A program made the translations under genes and the position numbers. Below the pieces are notes generated by a model. It was not told where the DNA came from and made no database searches. It was given only the letters and a program-made list of their open reading frames with translations. DNA of 63,868 nucleotides, counting the filler, from Octopus bimaculoides (taxonomy: Eukaryota), in NCBI RefSeq assembly GCF_001194135.2. It is 6 parts of 6 records of this genome, joined end to end, with 100 filler letters (N's around TTAATTAATTAA, not from the genome) between each part and the next. Parts side by side here need not be neighbours in the genome. Positions count along the whole stretch, not along the records: positions 21,249 to 27,274 come from NC_068982.1; positions 27,375 to 50,721 come from NC_069000.1; 4 more parts are not named here. One strand, given 5' to 3'. Shown here piece after piece: positions 24,069-35,907 of this stretch (positions are counted from its first letter, which is position 1; each line of letters starts with the position of its first letter).

Positions 24069-24612
24069 ATACAAGCGAGATCTTGTGCAAATGAAACCCG
24101 AGTGTCTTTTTGATGAGCTGAAAGCAGTTTTGGCACAAACTTGGCAGACATGCGTCTCATACTCAAATCTTCAGTGATAATGGACTGAAATGAACCGCAA
24201 CTAATTTTCACATCCTCTGAAAACTCACAGATCATGATTCGATGATTTCTCCTCACAACTGCACACATCTGCGTTGTTTTTCTGTTTTCCTGGTTGAAGC
24301 TCTCCCAGAACATTCGTCAATATCGACATTTTTTTGGCCATCTTGGAAACATCTGAACCACTCGTACACTTGTGTCCAGCCTCTACACTCCTCCCCATAC
24401 ACTTTCTGCAACTTTGCGTAGGCCTCTGAGCAGGTATCGTCACGACAACTTTCTTTGTCATGGTCAATCTGACGATCACAAGCTACACACCTTACTTCCA
24501 AGCACTGCGTAAACAGCAGCGTTCAAGATCAATCTTCGCCAGCGGCTTCACTCTGCCTGCTTCAGCTCGTTACTATGGTAACAGTCCGGATACTTATTGA
24601 TCAGACCTCGTA
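24069..24612 (-). mobile_element. Mariner 5' half
   Basis: TIR TACGAGGTCTGATCAATAAGTATCCGGACTG; AYAKLQKVYGEECRGWTQVYEWFRCFQDG and MRRMSAKFVPKLLS. Confidence 0.9.
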
Positions 24613-26556
24613 TGTAGTCATATGCATGTATGTATGTTTGTATGTATGCCTGTATGTATGTATATGTATGTATGTGTATATATATANNNNNNNNNNNNNN
24701 NNNNNNNNNNNNNNNNNNNNNNNNNNNNNNNNNNNNNNNNNNNNNNNNNNNNNNNNNNNNNNNNNNNNNNNNNNNNNNNNNNNNNNNNNNNNNNNNNNNN
24801 NNNNNNNNNNNNNNNNNNNNNNNNNNNNNNNNNNNNNNNNNNNNTATTGATATATATAACTTCCCAACTGGCAAATACTTTTGACTCCTAGTTCTTGTTT
24901 TACGAGCTGGGATATCAAAGAGTATTAACAACATAATGCGTGATCCAAATTTAGTAACTATCAAAAGTAATAACTTGCAAAACAACAAAGAATGGCATGA
25001 CTTATTATTATTGTTTTGCAAGACACACATCTACGACATTACGCCCATGTTACGTATGAATGTGATTATTTCTACAATGATGTAGGAACCAAGATTGTGT
25101 TTGTGTCTCCTAACGACTACATATACACATAAAACAACTAGCGAAAGCATAGTACATGTTACCAAGCCATAGTTGTTCGCTCGCTCGTGACGGCTGGTTG
25201 AACGTTGAGTTGAACAGAATTTATTACCAGAACTCTAGTAAACGGAGATATTTAACTAAAGGTAATCAGTTCTATTGATCATTTTCCCAAAAGTCTATCT
25301 GCTATATAGTCCTGACCTTTCTTTAGAAATACACGGAAACTTTTAAAACGTTTTAATTGAGAATCTCTGAAGAAGTAAACCAATACCCTATCAATCTTGG
25401 TTATTTTGTTTGACTTTTGTGCGACATGTGCGTAGAGGGGAGTATGTAATACGCATAGTTGAGTGGTTAATAACTTCACTTTGAAAACGTGCATCAACCC
25501 AAATGACCGAGTGATAGTTCGTTCCACCCGGTTATGACCCTTTACGGTCGAATCGTTTTCACCTATCTTCACTTACGAAATGAATAGATGTACCAGACGA
25601 TCAAATCAATCGATTAAAACCCATAGATATATCAGCGCCTCTGTATTGCTGCACCTCCAATTACTGAAACGAATAATAGAATAAACATAAAATACGTAAG
25701 TAGATGGGCAAAGCTGGCTACCATGTTTTACTAGTCTTTTTGTCTTAAGCAAGATCTTTTTTCTCAACAGCATGCAGCGTAAATCCTCTCAAACACATTT
25801 GAACTGGTCTTACGTTCGTTTATATAAAATAATTTTCTCCATAACCCATTAAGCCTTTGGTAGTCACAACATCTGTCCTTATTTAGTAGTGATTGACAGT
25901 GGATCTTCGTCGTTCGACGGTGAGGAATCAGTTGTTCAGACAACTGAATTGTCTTGCTCCTGAACTAAAGTGCAAGTGACTGAGAATGATTAAGGGAATA
26001 CCTTTAAAGTCATTCTCAGACAAAATCAGAGTAACACAGCGTGCTTGAAATACAAGTACAGACTCCTAACCGTCTTCTTTACAATTTCTGTTTACCCAGT
26101 TTCACTCACAAAGTATGGACCAACCAGAGGCTACGGGAAATGACATTTGTCTAAAAATGCCACTCGGAAGGATCGAATCCAGGACCTCGTGGTTCGGAAG
26201 CAAACTTCTTAACCATTCAGTCAAACAGTACCAACCTAGAGTTAGTATATCTAGGATAAGTCTATATGGATTGATCCCAGTTTAGTCCAAGTTAAACCTA
26301 AGGGAGAATTTAAATCAGAAGAACAACTAAGGAAACACTGGTTAAACTGTGAAGAGAAAAGTAAGTCCTCTACAAATGATGACTCGTTATGTAATGTCAA
26401 ATATTTCAAGTTATAAATAAAGTACTTTGGAATATTTTAAGCGCATAGAACACGAAATACAAGCATTTATTGAGAATATCAATAAACTTCAACGGATTTC
26501 TGACATTTACTCGAAACATCATCGTCGTCGTCGTCGTCGTCGTCGCCGTTGTCGTT

Positions 26557-26587
<31 letters not shown>

Positions 26588-26603
26588 CCAACAGTAGTAG
26601 TAG

Positions 26604-26638
<35 letters not shown>

Positions 26639-27374
26639 ACGTGTTGGCATTGATGGTACCAGTTGTACCAGATCACGATGATGATGATGATGACGACGAC
26701 AATGACGATGATGACGTTGTTGCTGATAAAAGATAATCAAAATACCTTCACAACGTATGTTTTATGTTAGAGTAAAACCTTCAGCGTTTTCTCCAGATGT
26801 TCCCCGTTTCCTTATATATAAACAAGCATGCTGCTCTCATCCCTAGTAAGACCATAAAATATTTTAGAATATCTAACAAGCGACGATCATAAATTTACGA
26901 CCTTTTGCATTAACTATATCTCTGGCTATTATTGTCAACGTAGAGTAGTGGTATTTGCTTACTTAATGTGCTGGAAAATAATAATTCAGCACAGAGCGTA
27001 GAATGGCGAAATGAAATTAATACGATTTTTTTCTTGGCAATCATGTCAAAGCACATCTGTTCGTAATTTTATTATATTTTTTTATTTTATTTTCATTATG
27101 AAGAAACTTCTCCTACATACGGTAACCATAGAGTTTTGTCTAAATTGCTGCTAAATCCAGTAGGTGAAATCCTCTGAAGTGGAAAGATAAAAAAAAAAAA
27201 AGAGAAAGAGAGGGAATAAAAAAATTACAATTTGAGTCAACATACATTTTCGTGATATTTGTCAATGTAGATATNNNNNNNNNNNNNNNNNNNNNNNNNN
27301 NNNNNNNNNNNNNNNNNNTTAATTAATTAANNNNNNNNNNNNNNNNNNNNNNNNNNNNNNNNNNNNNNNNNNNN

Positions 27375-28170
27375 GTAGGACGCATCGTTAAAACGGCTCT
27401 TCCCATGGACCGCAAATTAAATTTGTATACACATATTAAACCTGTGCCATGGAGGAATGTAGTGACGGACAAAAAACAAGACAGGAAAACAAACGGAAAA
27501 GGCCATGCGGCCAGACGTGAAAAATTATGTGTATATGAACGCTGTGAGGCACGAACTTGAAAGTGGAGACGAAGTAAGTTCGCGTGTTTGATCGGCGATA
27601 GCCAAGGAAGAAAAGGATTATTGACCGGAAGCATGTGACCATGCAGGGGTAAGCGAGAGAGACAGAGAGTGATAGAGGGAGAAACAAAGGGAGGAAGTAG
27701 AAGAATAGGTGAGCAACGAGAGAAAGAGAGGAATATAGTAGTAACAGAAGGAAGTACGGAGGTGGGGGAAGAGAGAGATATAGTAGTAACAGAAGGAAGA
27801 ATGAGAGGGGTAAAGAGAGATACGTAGTAGTAACAGGGGAAGAACGAGAGGGGAAAAAAGGGAAAGAGAAACAGTAGCGTCAGAAAATATAAGAGTTGAA
27901 ATTACTTACAACAGTGGTGACGCTGGCGTTCGGTCATGTAAAAACAAATAATAAATGAGTATATGCATATATACATACAGGTGTGTGCATACCTACGTCT
28001 ACCTGTATATATAGGTGCATATCTGGGTACAGGACATTGCAAATAAAACGTAGACAAGAAATAATAATAACCAGAGTACAGAAAACACACAAGCCACATA
28101 GAGAACCTTTTCCTTCATCAGCTACCATATGCCTCAGTATGACCGCAGCTTTGAAGTTGAAATATTTGAA
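27375..28170. repeat. Second, inverted and permuted copy of the 12031-13080 element
   Basis: Matches AGGACGCATCGTTAAAACGG, the GA-rich interior and the terminal repeat, then restarts with the element's opposite end (CTGGGTACAGGAC...CCTTCATCAGCT). Confidence 0.65.
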
Positions 28171-28204
28171 AGAATTAAAGACTTTAAAGAATAAATATAT
28201 ATAC

Positions 28205-28246
<42 letters not shown>

Positions 28247-28899
28247 NNNNNNNNNNNNNNNNNNNNNNNNNNNNNNNNNNNNNNNTATATAAAGATTTAC
28301 TTTTCTTAATGAGATAAAAAAAGACCAACGTTGTGTACATTATAGCTGTAAGACCTATTTATAAATGTTCTATAATGTACACAGCCTTGGCTTTTTTTTT
28401 TATCTCATTACGAAAAGTAAATCCCTATATTTACACGCTGATATATGATCTACGTTGGACACCTTATTCGCATACATTCATACAAAGCACACAATTGATA
28501 GAAAACTCTCCTTTCTAGCAACAGTGGTATTAGTGAGTACCCTGTATCACATTTGTGATCTTTCTCTCTATATATATAGTTATGTGTGTATGTGCGTGTG
28601 TGTATGTATGTGTGTGTATTCGTGCGTGTATGTGTGTGTTTGTGTTTGTCACCCACCACCGCTTCACAACTTATATTACTTTCATTACGTCCACAGCAAC
28701 TTAACAGTTCGACATCGTCACCGACAGAATAAGTACCAGATTTCAAAATAAGTTCTGGTGTTGATTTGTTCGACTAAATCCTTTACGATATAGGCCCCAA
28801 GTTAGCTGCAGACCAATAACTGAAACAAGTATATGATAGACTATTGAGAATACTAAAGAAATTCACATAATCTTTATATTATTTTCTCATCTGATGATA

Positions 28900-29900
28900 C
28901 TGATTCAGTCGTGTTTAATTACAGAAGTAGTTTCCATGAGAAAAGCATCATAATACAAAATGTATTCATTGATATGAGGTCACCGAATTCTTGAAAACGT
29001 AGCGTCAATTTTATCCATAAATAATCCATAAAACTCTCAAAAAGTTGAAAGAATTATAGCAGTGAATTAGTGGTACAACTGCGCCTGGATAATAAAGTGA
29101 GGATTTTAGTATAACGTCACCTGATATATGTATGTTTTAAGATAGAGACAAATTGTATTGTTATAGGTTGGCGTGTGGTTTAGAGGATTGTAGGATTTTA
29201 AAAATATGTTATATTTACAAAGTTTATTTCTGTATCGGGAATTTTTCATGTGTGCTGTGCTTTGATGTATGTGGATCAGAGAGATAGCAATTTCCTGATT
29301 TTATTATTGTTGCAGTTGTTAGTTAAATTCTGATACATCTTGTATTTATGTTCAATTCTTTATGTAAGTGCTGTTGTTTGGTTGCCTTTGTGTGAATATG
29401 TCGGAAGAAAAACTTCCATTTTTAGATCTTTTAGAGTTTGTTTTGTCTAGGTGATTGATTTTGGATGTTTTCATGTGGAAAGTCTTTCTCTGTGTTTGGA
29501 ATTTACGTCGCTCGACCAACATTCAATACGTAACCCTCTAATATCTTTCTGGTATATTACGTTCAAGACTACTTTAGAAGGAATAATAATCTATTTTTGA
29601 GATGGTTGAGTTAGATCTGAAGAAAATTTATATTCCAAATAAGGCTGGCCGAACAACCAAAGTTGTTAAAGAAGTATTTTGTGAAGGCGGTTTTACTAAG
29701 ATATATTGCGTAGAGAAATACATAACAGTGATATCCTGGATCGATTCCATTCACTTCTAAACAAATTCAGAAATCATAGTGTTAAATACATATTTTAGTC
29801 ATAATTCAGTCGATAGAGATCTATCTCTGCAAATACACTGAAATGATGTGGTGTTGTGAGAATCGTGAATGAGGATTTTTTTCCGATGTGCATGGCAAAA
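28900..29900 (-). mobile_element. Possible decayed Penelope-like RT
   Basis: Weak motif INHLDKTNSKRSKNGSFSSDIFT resembles the PLE INFLD...TDIY motif; many stops. Confidence 0.35.
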
Positions 29901-30559
29901 TTAGTAAAGTGTAGGAGTGGTTACATTCTATCCTCTTTCACTCTGCTTGTTATCCCCTGAAGTTAGTAAAATAAGGATCGTTCGATAAGAATGAGTATAG
30001 TTAATAGAAATAAAATGTTTTAGAGTACAGAAGCTTGTGTTCCATGGAAAGATGCAGAAAATAAAATTAACAGAATTCAACGCAGAGGAGGGAAGAAGAT
30101 TTTGGGAGATATACATCCAAAGGAGGATTACACATTTAAGATAACTCTTGGTAAACTAGTGAATGATTCATTAAACAACCTCGAATCTTGAATAGCTCGG
30201 TCATAAATTGATAATTAACCTACAGGTCGATAATAAACGAGTATTTTATAGCGTTCGGCGGTCTGCAAATTTCGGCTATCAAGTTTCCCACGAATACCAC
30301 CTTACTGTTTTAGCACTACGTAAAATCATGCGGTAAACACATATTCATTTATGTACTCTCGATCAGAACAGATCAGGACAACTAACAACAACCTACCACC
30401 AACACCATCTCTATAGTTGTATATTTTATAACTATTGCACATATCACTTCAGGCACTCATTCCTAGGAAGAGAGAAATATTCTGTTTTCAAACGCCTCTT
30501 GGATTGGGTGGAAATGATGAACGTATTTACAACATTGGTAAGAAATTCCAGAACATGAC

Positions 30560-31340
30560 ATGATTTTAAAATATGTCGAATCAACAGAGGTACAAAAGAA
30601 ACCATGGAGGTTCTCAACATTTTATTGCAGGACAAGTGTAACAATAGATTATAAATGAGAGTGGCAACAATGGTGTTTTCAGATCCTACCAGCGATTCCA
30701 AAGGGAACCAAATTTTAAAAAAGCATCAAACCCTCTGCAGCATCAGAATCAGTATTTTAAGAGTTGTCATGCATTGGACACGGAATTTCCTTTCTGACAG
30801 CACGGGACCCATGGATTCAGCTCCTATAAGCAAAGCAGACCAATCAAACGTTCAGGCTGATAACAACCTGCAACATCATTAATTAAAACAGAAGTGGCTG
30901 TGCCAAAAAATATTTTGATAACAACTTTAACTAATACCTGTTTCAGGCATTTACTGGAAATATTCATACTGAGAAATCAATATGAAAATTGCTGTGGATC
31001 AGATTGAAATAGTCCAACGTATTAAAATTAGAACTTTCAGTTATACAACGACAAAAGCTTTAGTTAAAACAAATATCCTCAATAATGTTGATTATCATGG
31101 CTATGCAATATTTAAGAAGATTTATGTTTCAGACTATAAATGTTTAACAAGCATTCTATGCATATGTTCTTCCAGAAACATCCAGGTTTGTCATTTGAAT
31201 GTATAAATTTCGAGGGCAAACAGAGAATGTTGCTGATTTTGCATCTTGAAGGACACTGTTCTGCTGCTTTTGTGACGTATACACAAGAGTTGGAAGCCCT
31301 ATTAAATTCTTTATGAGCCTGTTCGTAAAACAAATGATTT
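30560..31340 (+). mobile_element. Decayed LINE RT (CR1/Jockey-like)
   Basis: VATMVFSDPTSDSKGNQILKKHQTL...HWTRNFLSD parallels the DVIYLDFSKAFDKV...WIxSFLSDR pattern. Confidence 0.45.
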
Positions 31341-31354
31341 ATATACAAAGGTGT

Positions 31355-31757
31355 TGAGGAGTGACTTTGTGGTAAGTAGCTTGCTTACCAACCAGATGGT
31401 GGCACCTTGGGCAAGCGTCTTCTACTGTAGCCTCGGGCCGACCAAAGCTTTGTGAGTAGATTTGGTACACGGAGACTTAAAGAAGCTGGTCTTATATGTG
31501 TGTGCGTCTGTGTGTGTGTGTGTGCGTGCGTGCGTGCGTGTGTGTGTGCGTGTGTGTGGTGTGTGTGTCGTACATTTCTGTATTTGTGTTTGTCACTCTA
31601 CCATCGCTTGATAACCGATGCTGATGTGTTTACGTCCCCGTAACTTAGCGGCTCGGAAAAAGAGGACTATAGAATAAGCACTAGGCTTACAAAGAATGAC
31701 TCCTGTGGTCAATTTGTTCGACTAAAGGCGGTACTCCAGCATAGCCGCAGTCAAATT
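31355..31757 (+). mobile_element. SINE family A
   Basis: Same head, core and tail as 10840-11400. Confidence 0.85.
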
Positions 31758-32099
31758 TGTAGTGCTATGATGTGCATAGACGTAGTATCATACACCAGCC
31801 TTTATACCACAGCTACTTTTAATATAACATTTTTATCAATGCATATAATGCAATACCATTACTGAGATGTTAGGGTTCCTTCAATACTCTTCTGTTTCGG
31901 CAAGTTATAATAATGATTTTATTCCCATGAGTGGATATAAAATAATTTTATTTCCACCTGACACTTCTGTATCTATAGGTTTCCAGTATTTTTAACAATT
32001 GAACAATAAGAAGACTAAGATATTCAGTGAAAATATGTTCGCATTTATTTTCATGTTTACTTAATCTTTTGTTCTTACTTGTTTTATTCATTTGATATA

Positions 32100-32475
32100 T
32101 GTCATTTACACAGATTAATCATGAAATTAAGAATGCATGTGTGATACAGAGCGTTAGATACTGGACTGTTCACACGGCTAGCCACATATTGGATGATAAT
32201 TCCATTTCTTACATGACTGATAAATTACCAATACAATGTTAACAATGTTGTATTAAACTGAATATGTCTGCAGTAAGAACACATTTTCAGACAGCGCAAG
32301 GACGAATATTCTACTAGTACACTTATTCGGCAGCCATGATAAAACTCCGAGTTTCGGATGCCGGGGTGGAAACCCACGCCGCTATCTCTTTCTTTCACGG
32401 TCATTATTCACAGGGATTTTCAATGGCCGGATAACTGAAGAGAGGGCGATGTGGGTTCCCACCCCGGCATCCGAA
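32100..32475 (+). mobile_element. Penelope-like 3' relic ending in a GC-rich hairpin
   Basis: Decayed LRMHV...DTGL GIY-YIG-like text, followed by a 123-bp inverted repeat at 32353-32475. Confidence 0.45.
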
Positions 32476-32511
32476 TAAGTGTGACATATTTTAAAGATAT
32501 ATATATATATA

Positions 32512-32923
32512 GGCGTAGGAGTGGCTGTGCGGTAAGTAGATTGCTTACCAACCACATGGTTCCGGGTTCAGTCCCACTGCGTGGCACCTTGGGTAAGTGT
32601 CTTCCACTATAGCCTCGCGCCGACCAAAGCCTTGTGAGTGGATTTGGTAGACGGAAATTGAAAGAAGCCCGTAGTATATATGTGTATATATGTATGTGTG
32701 TATATGTTTGTGTGTCTGTTTTTGTCCCCCCAACATCGCTTGAAAACCGATGCTGGTGTGTTTACGTCCCCGTAACTTAGCGGTTCGACAAAACAGACCG
32801 ATAGAATAAGTACTAGGCTTCCAAAGAATAAGTTCTGAGGTCGATTTACTCGACTAAAGGCGGTGCTCCAGCATGGCCACAGTCAAATGACTGAAACAAC
32901 TAAAAGCGTAAAAAGAGTAAAGA
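32512..32923 (+). mobile_element. SINE family A, well preserved
   Basis: Complete head-to-tail match to the family consensus seen in this window. Confidence 0.92.
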
Positions 32924-32970
<47 letters not shown>

Positions 32971-32974
32971 GATT

Positions 32975-33470
32975 GGCGGAGTCGGAGACTAGTAAAATCC
33001 TGTGGGATTTCCCAATCCAAACAGATCAGGTGCTAGAGGACAACAGACCGGACACGGTGGTGGTGGTGGTGGTGGTGGTGGGCAAGATGCACCACATATA
33101 CTATATACTTGATGCTGCATGCCCCCTTGACCCTCGAATAGTCAAGAAGGAAGAAGAAAAGATAGATAGGTACAATCCTCTTAAGTACGAAAAAGCCCAA
33201 CTATGGAAAATGAAGGCGGTAAAGATAATGCCAATTATTGTTGGGTCCTTGGGAACAGTATCAGAAGGCATCAAGGGGAATATAAAGGAAATTGGAATAG
33301 AGTGCCCTGTAGAACTGTTACAAAAGCTTTCCCTTCTTGGCACGGCCAGAATAATGGAGAAAGCATTAGGTTGCTCAAAAGAACGAATAGCTTGGTAATG
33401 TAGGCTGCAGGTAGAAAGCCCGCTACACATGCAAGACTCCAGGAGCTCAAAAGAATCTGTGATAAAGAGA

Positions 33471-33520
<50 letters not shown>

Positions 33521-33532
33521 TAATAATAATAA
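32975..33532 (+). mobile_element. 5'-truncated R4/Dong-type non-LTR element (RLE domain) with (TAA)n tail
   Basis: KILWDFPIQTDQVLEDNRPDTVV...ILDAACP...EEEKIDRYNPLKYE...IIVGSLGTV...LQKLSLLGTARI is a PD-(D/E)xK restriction-like endonuclease; 3' UTR then (TAA)n. Confidence 0.92.
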
Positions 33533-33984
33533 TCCTTTCTTTATTGGCCGCAAGGGCCGAACACAAAAACATGGTGACATTTTAAACATGGGATAAGTGG
33601 GGTTTAACGTAGAAAACCTGTAAACAATAAAAAACAAAAACAGTTACCAAAAGATCTACCAGCAAAATTCCCCAATACAGGGGAGTTCCACCCAGGGCCA
33701 TCCATGGCACTCACACATCCTGGTCACCTCAACTGTTAAGGACACTGTAGGTAGGTACCCCTCTTCCCCTCAACTGCTCCGGCTTACAGACGTATATGCA
33801 GAGTAAGCCCATTCACACGAGTCACTTTCGCAACATTCACCCACCTTTCAACAAAATTACTCGGTGGGGCAGTACTTCCCTCTCTATCCTCACTTTCCTT
33901 TTCAAGTGGGACTTGAATAAGTAGATGAGGGCTCGGTCGAAGAAGAAAGTGTCTGTCTTCAGTCCTTTCAGCCCGTAGCTGAGT
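33533..33984 (-). mobile_element. Tx1/L1-like LINE 3' end
   Basis: YGLKGLKTDTFFFDRALIYLFKSHLKRKVRIEREVL then (frameshift) FVERWVNVAKVTRVNG*; AATAAA and (TTA)n tail. Confidence 0.75.
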
Positions 33985-34719
33985 ATAAATGATATAAAAG
34001 AAGTAGTAATAATTTAAGCTTAAATTTAATGGCTTGGGAAAAATAAATATTTTATTTGTAGTAATTAACCTTAATATGATTTTAGAAAACCTAATAAATT
34101 TATCAAATTGGCTATAATTATAAGCAATCATAAAACTATTATAATTTATTATAATTAATATCGATATAATCTAGAATATGAAATAAATTTATTAAACGGA
34201 TAATAATTTAAACCTAACATTAAAACACTGAAATAATAACTATGGCTTAATTTAAAGATCAAACATAAATTAAAATAATTGAGAATAACAAATATAAATA
34301 GCATATACTATATTATATAGTGCTTGAATTTCATTTTAATAATAGTAAAGAACATGAATCTTTACCATCTATCAGATAATATAACTACTTTTAATCCAGG
34401 CATGGATATTAAACTTGCAAAGATATTAGTATAAACAAAAATGAAAATAATATATACCACATTGCATTATGAAATATTCAAATATACACTTAATGATAGT
34501 AATAATAATCCTGAGCATTGGCATGCACTAATTAACCAACGAATATTATACATTTTAAACTCAATACAAATTTTTGAAAGATATATAAATTAAAATTTAG
34601 GTATAATTAGTATAACTTAGTATAACTTTACTTAGAAACCTAACCTAGAATAATCATAAATAACATACACCACGTTATGTTAGATCATACAATAATTAAA
34701 AATCGGTTTAATGCTGATG
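33985..34719 (+). CDS. Exon A of a putative foreign gene readable only with TAA/TAG=Gln (genetic code 6)
   Basis: 245 codons in one frame with 20 TAA/TAG and no TGA; all 13 TGA triplets fall in the other two frames. Ends at ATG|GTAATT. Confidence 0.65.
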
Positions 34720-34780
34720 GTAATTATAAAAATAAGTACTGATTCCTATTAATTAACTGTATAAAATTATGCATTTTTAG

Positions 34781-34841
34781 AGTAAAGATGATAGCAGTAT
34801 CATTCGTCTTAATGAGGACGGCAAATAATCTTTACTCTAGA
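34781..34841 (+). CDS. Exon B of the code-6 gene
   Basis: TTTTTAG|SKDDSSIIRLNEDGKQSLLQ|GTACTG; phase 0 in, phase 1 out. Confidence 0.55.
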
Positions 34842-34920
34842 GTACTGTTACTGAATGTTTCTTGTTCAGAGATTTGGAAATAATAATTTATCTATTTATT
34901 AATTACATATTTTAATTTAG

Positions 34921-35032
34921 ATAAAAATTACTATATATCTATCAATGAAATCAATTTTGATGATATAATACACCAAATAAATCCACGTAATGATCATGAA
35001 TGTATAGAGTAACACCCAAATATGAATATTAA
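34921..35032 (+). CDS. Exon C of the code-6 gene
   Basis: TTTAATTTAG|(N)KNYYISINEINFDDIIHQINPRNDHECIEQHPNMNI|GTACAC; phase 1 in, phase 2 out. Confidence 0.6.
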
Positions 35033-35093
35033 GTACACCATCACAACATATATATGAATGTATAAATATATAATCCTATAATATGACAACTAG

Positions 35094-35247
35094 TAATGAA
35101 TATAATCATTAACATAATTATTTTGATAATCTTTCGATAATAGGCATGTACGCTTAAGATTTAATGAAATAACTTAAGAACGGAAAATATATATATACGC
35201 AAGCACAAGCAGACATATACGTATATGTGTGTGTGAATATATATATA
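35094..35247 (+). CDS. Exon D of the code-6 gene, running into a gap
   Basis: ACTAG|(N)NEYNHQHNYFDNLSIIGMYAQDLMKQLKNGKYIYTQAQADIYVYVCVNI; phase 2 matches exon C. Confidence 0.55.
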
Positions 35248-35692
35248 NNNNNNNNNNNNNNNNNNNNNNNNNNNNNNNNNNNNNNNNNNNNNNNNNNNNN
35301 NNNNNNNNNNNNNNNNNNNNNNNNNNNNNNNNNNNNNNNNNNNNNNNNNNNNNNNNNNNNNNNNNNNNNNNNNNNNNNNNNNNNNNNNNNNNNNNNNNNN
35401 NNNNNNNNNNNNNNNNNNNNNNNNNNNNNNNNNNNNNNNNNNNNNNNNNNNNNNNNNNNNNNNNNNNNNNNNNNNNNNNNNNNNNNNNNNNNNNNNNNNN
35501 NNNNNNNNNNNNNNNNNNNNNNNNNNNNNNNNNNNNNNNNNNNNNNNNNNNNNNNNNNNNNNNNNNNNNNNNNNNNNNNNNNNNNNNNNNNNNNNNNNNN
35601 NNNNNNNNNNNNNTGATATAGGGTGAAATAATTAACAACTAATAATTTCACCAAGTAGTTCGGTATGTTAACAGAACCATTATCGGTAAACT

Positions 35693-35874
35693 TATACAAA
35701 AATATTATAATTATAAGCATAATTATAATTAGGGTTCACCAAAATTGCTTCACCATATAACAAAATTTGGGAAGTTGAATAGTATTTAATTGCTATTTCT
35801 AAATTTCGGTATGTGGTGAAGCAATTTTGTTGAACCCTAATTATAATTATGCTTATAATTATAAAATTTTTGTG

Positions 35875-35880
<6 letters not shown>
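35693..35880. repeat. Long imperfect inverted repeat (fold-back)
   Basis: Arms of about 80 bp (TATAATTATAAGCATAATTATAATTAGGGTTCA(C/A)CAAAATTGCTTCACCA...) with a few mismatches and a short loop. Confidence 0.9.

Positions 35881-35907
<27 letters not shown>

Noticed and set aside
32353-32475. Hairpin as an intact hammerhead ribozyme
   Set aside because: CTGANGA is absent at the required position.
34513-34530. EHWHAL as the catalytic His of a Ulp1/adenain-type protease (Polinton-like)
   Set aside because: The motif is too short and no supporting Cys/Gln motif was recognised; not assigned.
33985-35250. NUMT or mitochondrial origin for the AT-rich block
   Set aside because: Invertebrate mitochondrial code reads TGA as Trp and TAA/TAG as stops, the opposite of the pattern seen. 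No mitochondrial gene motifs were recognised.
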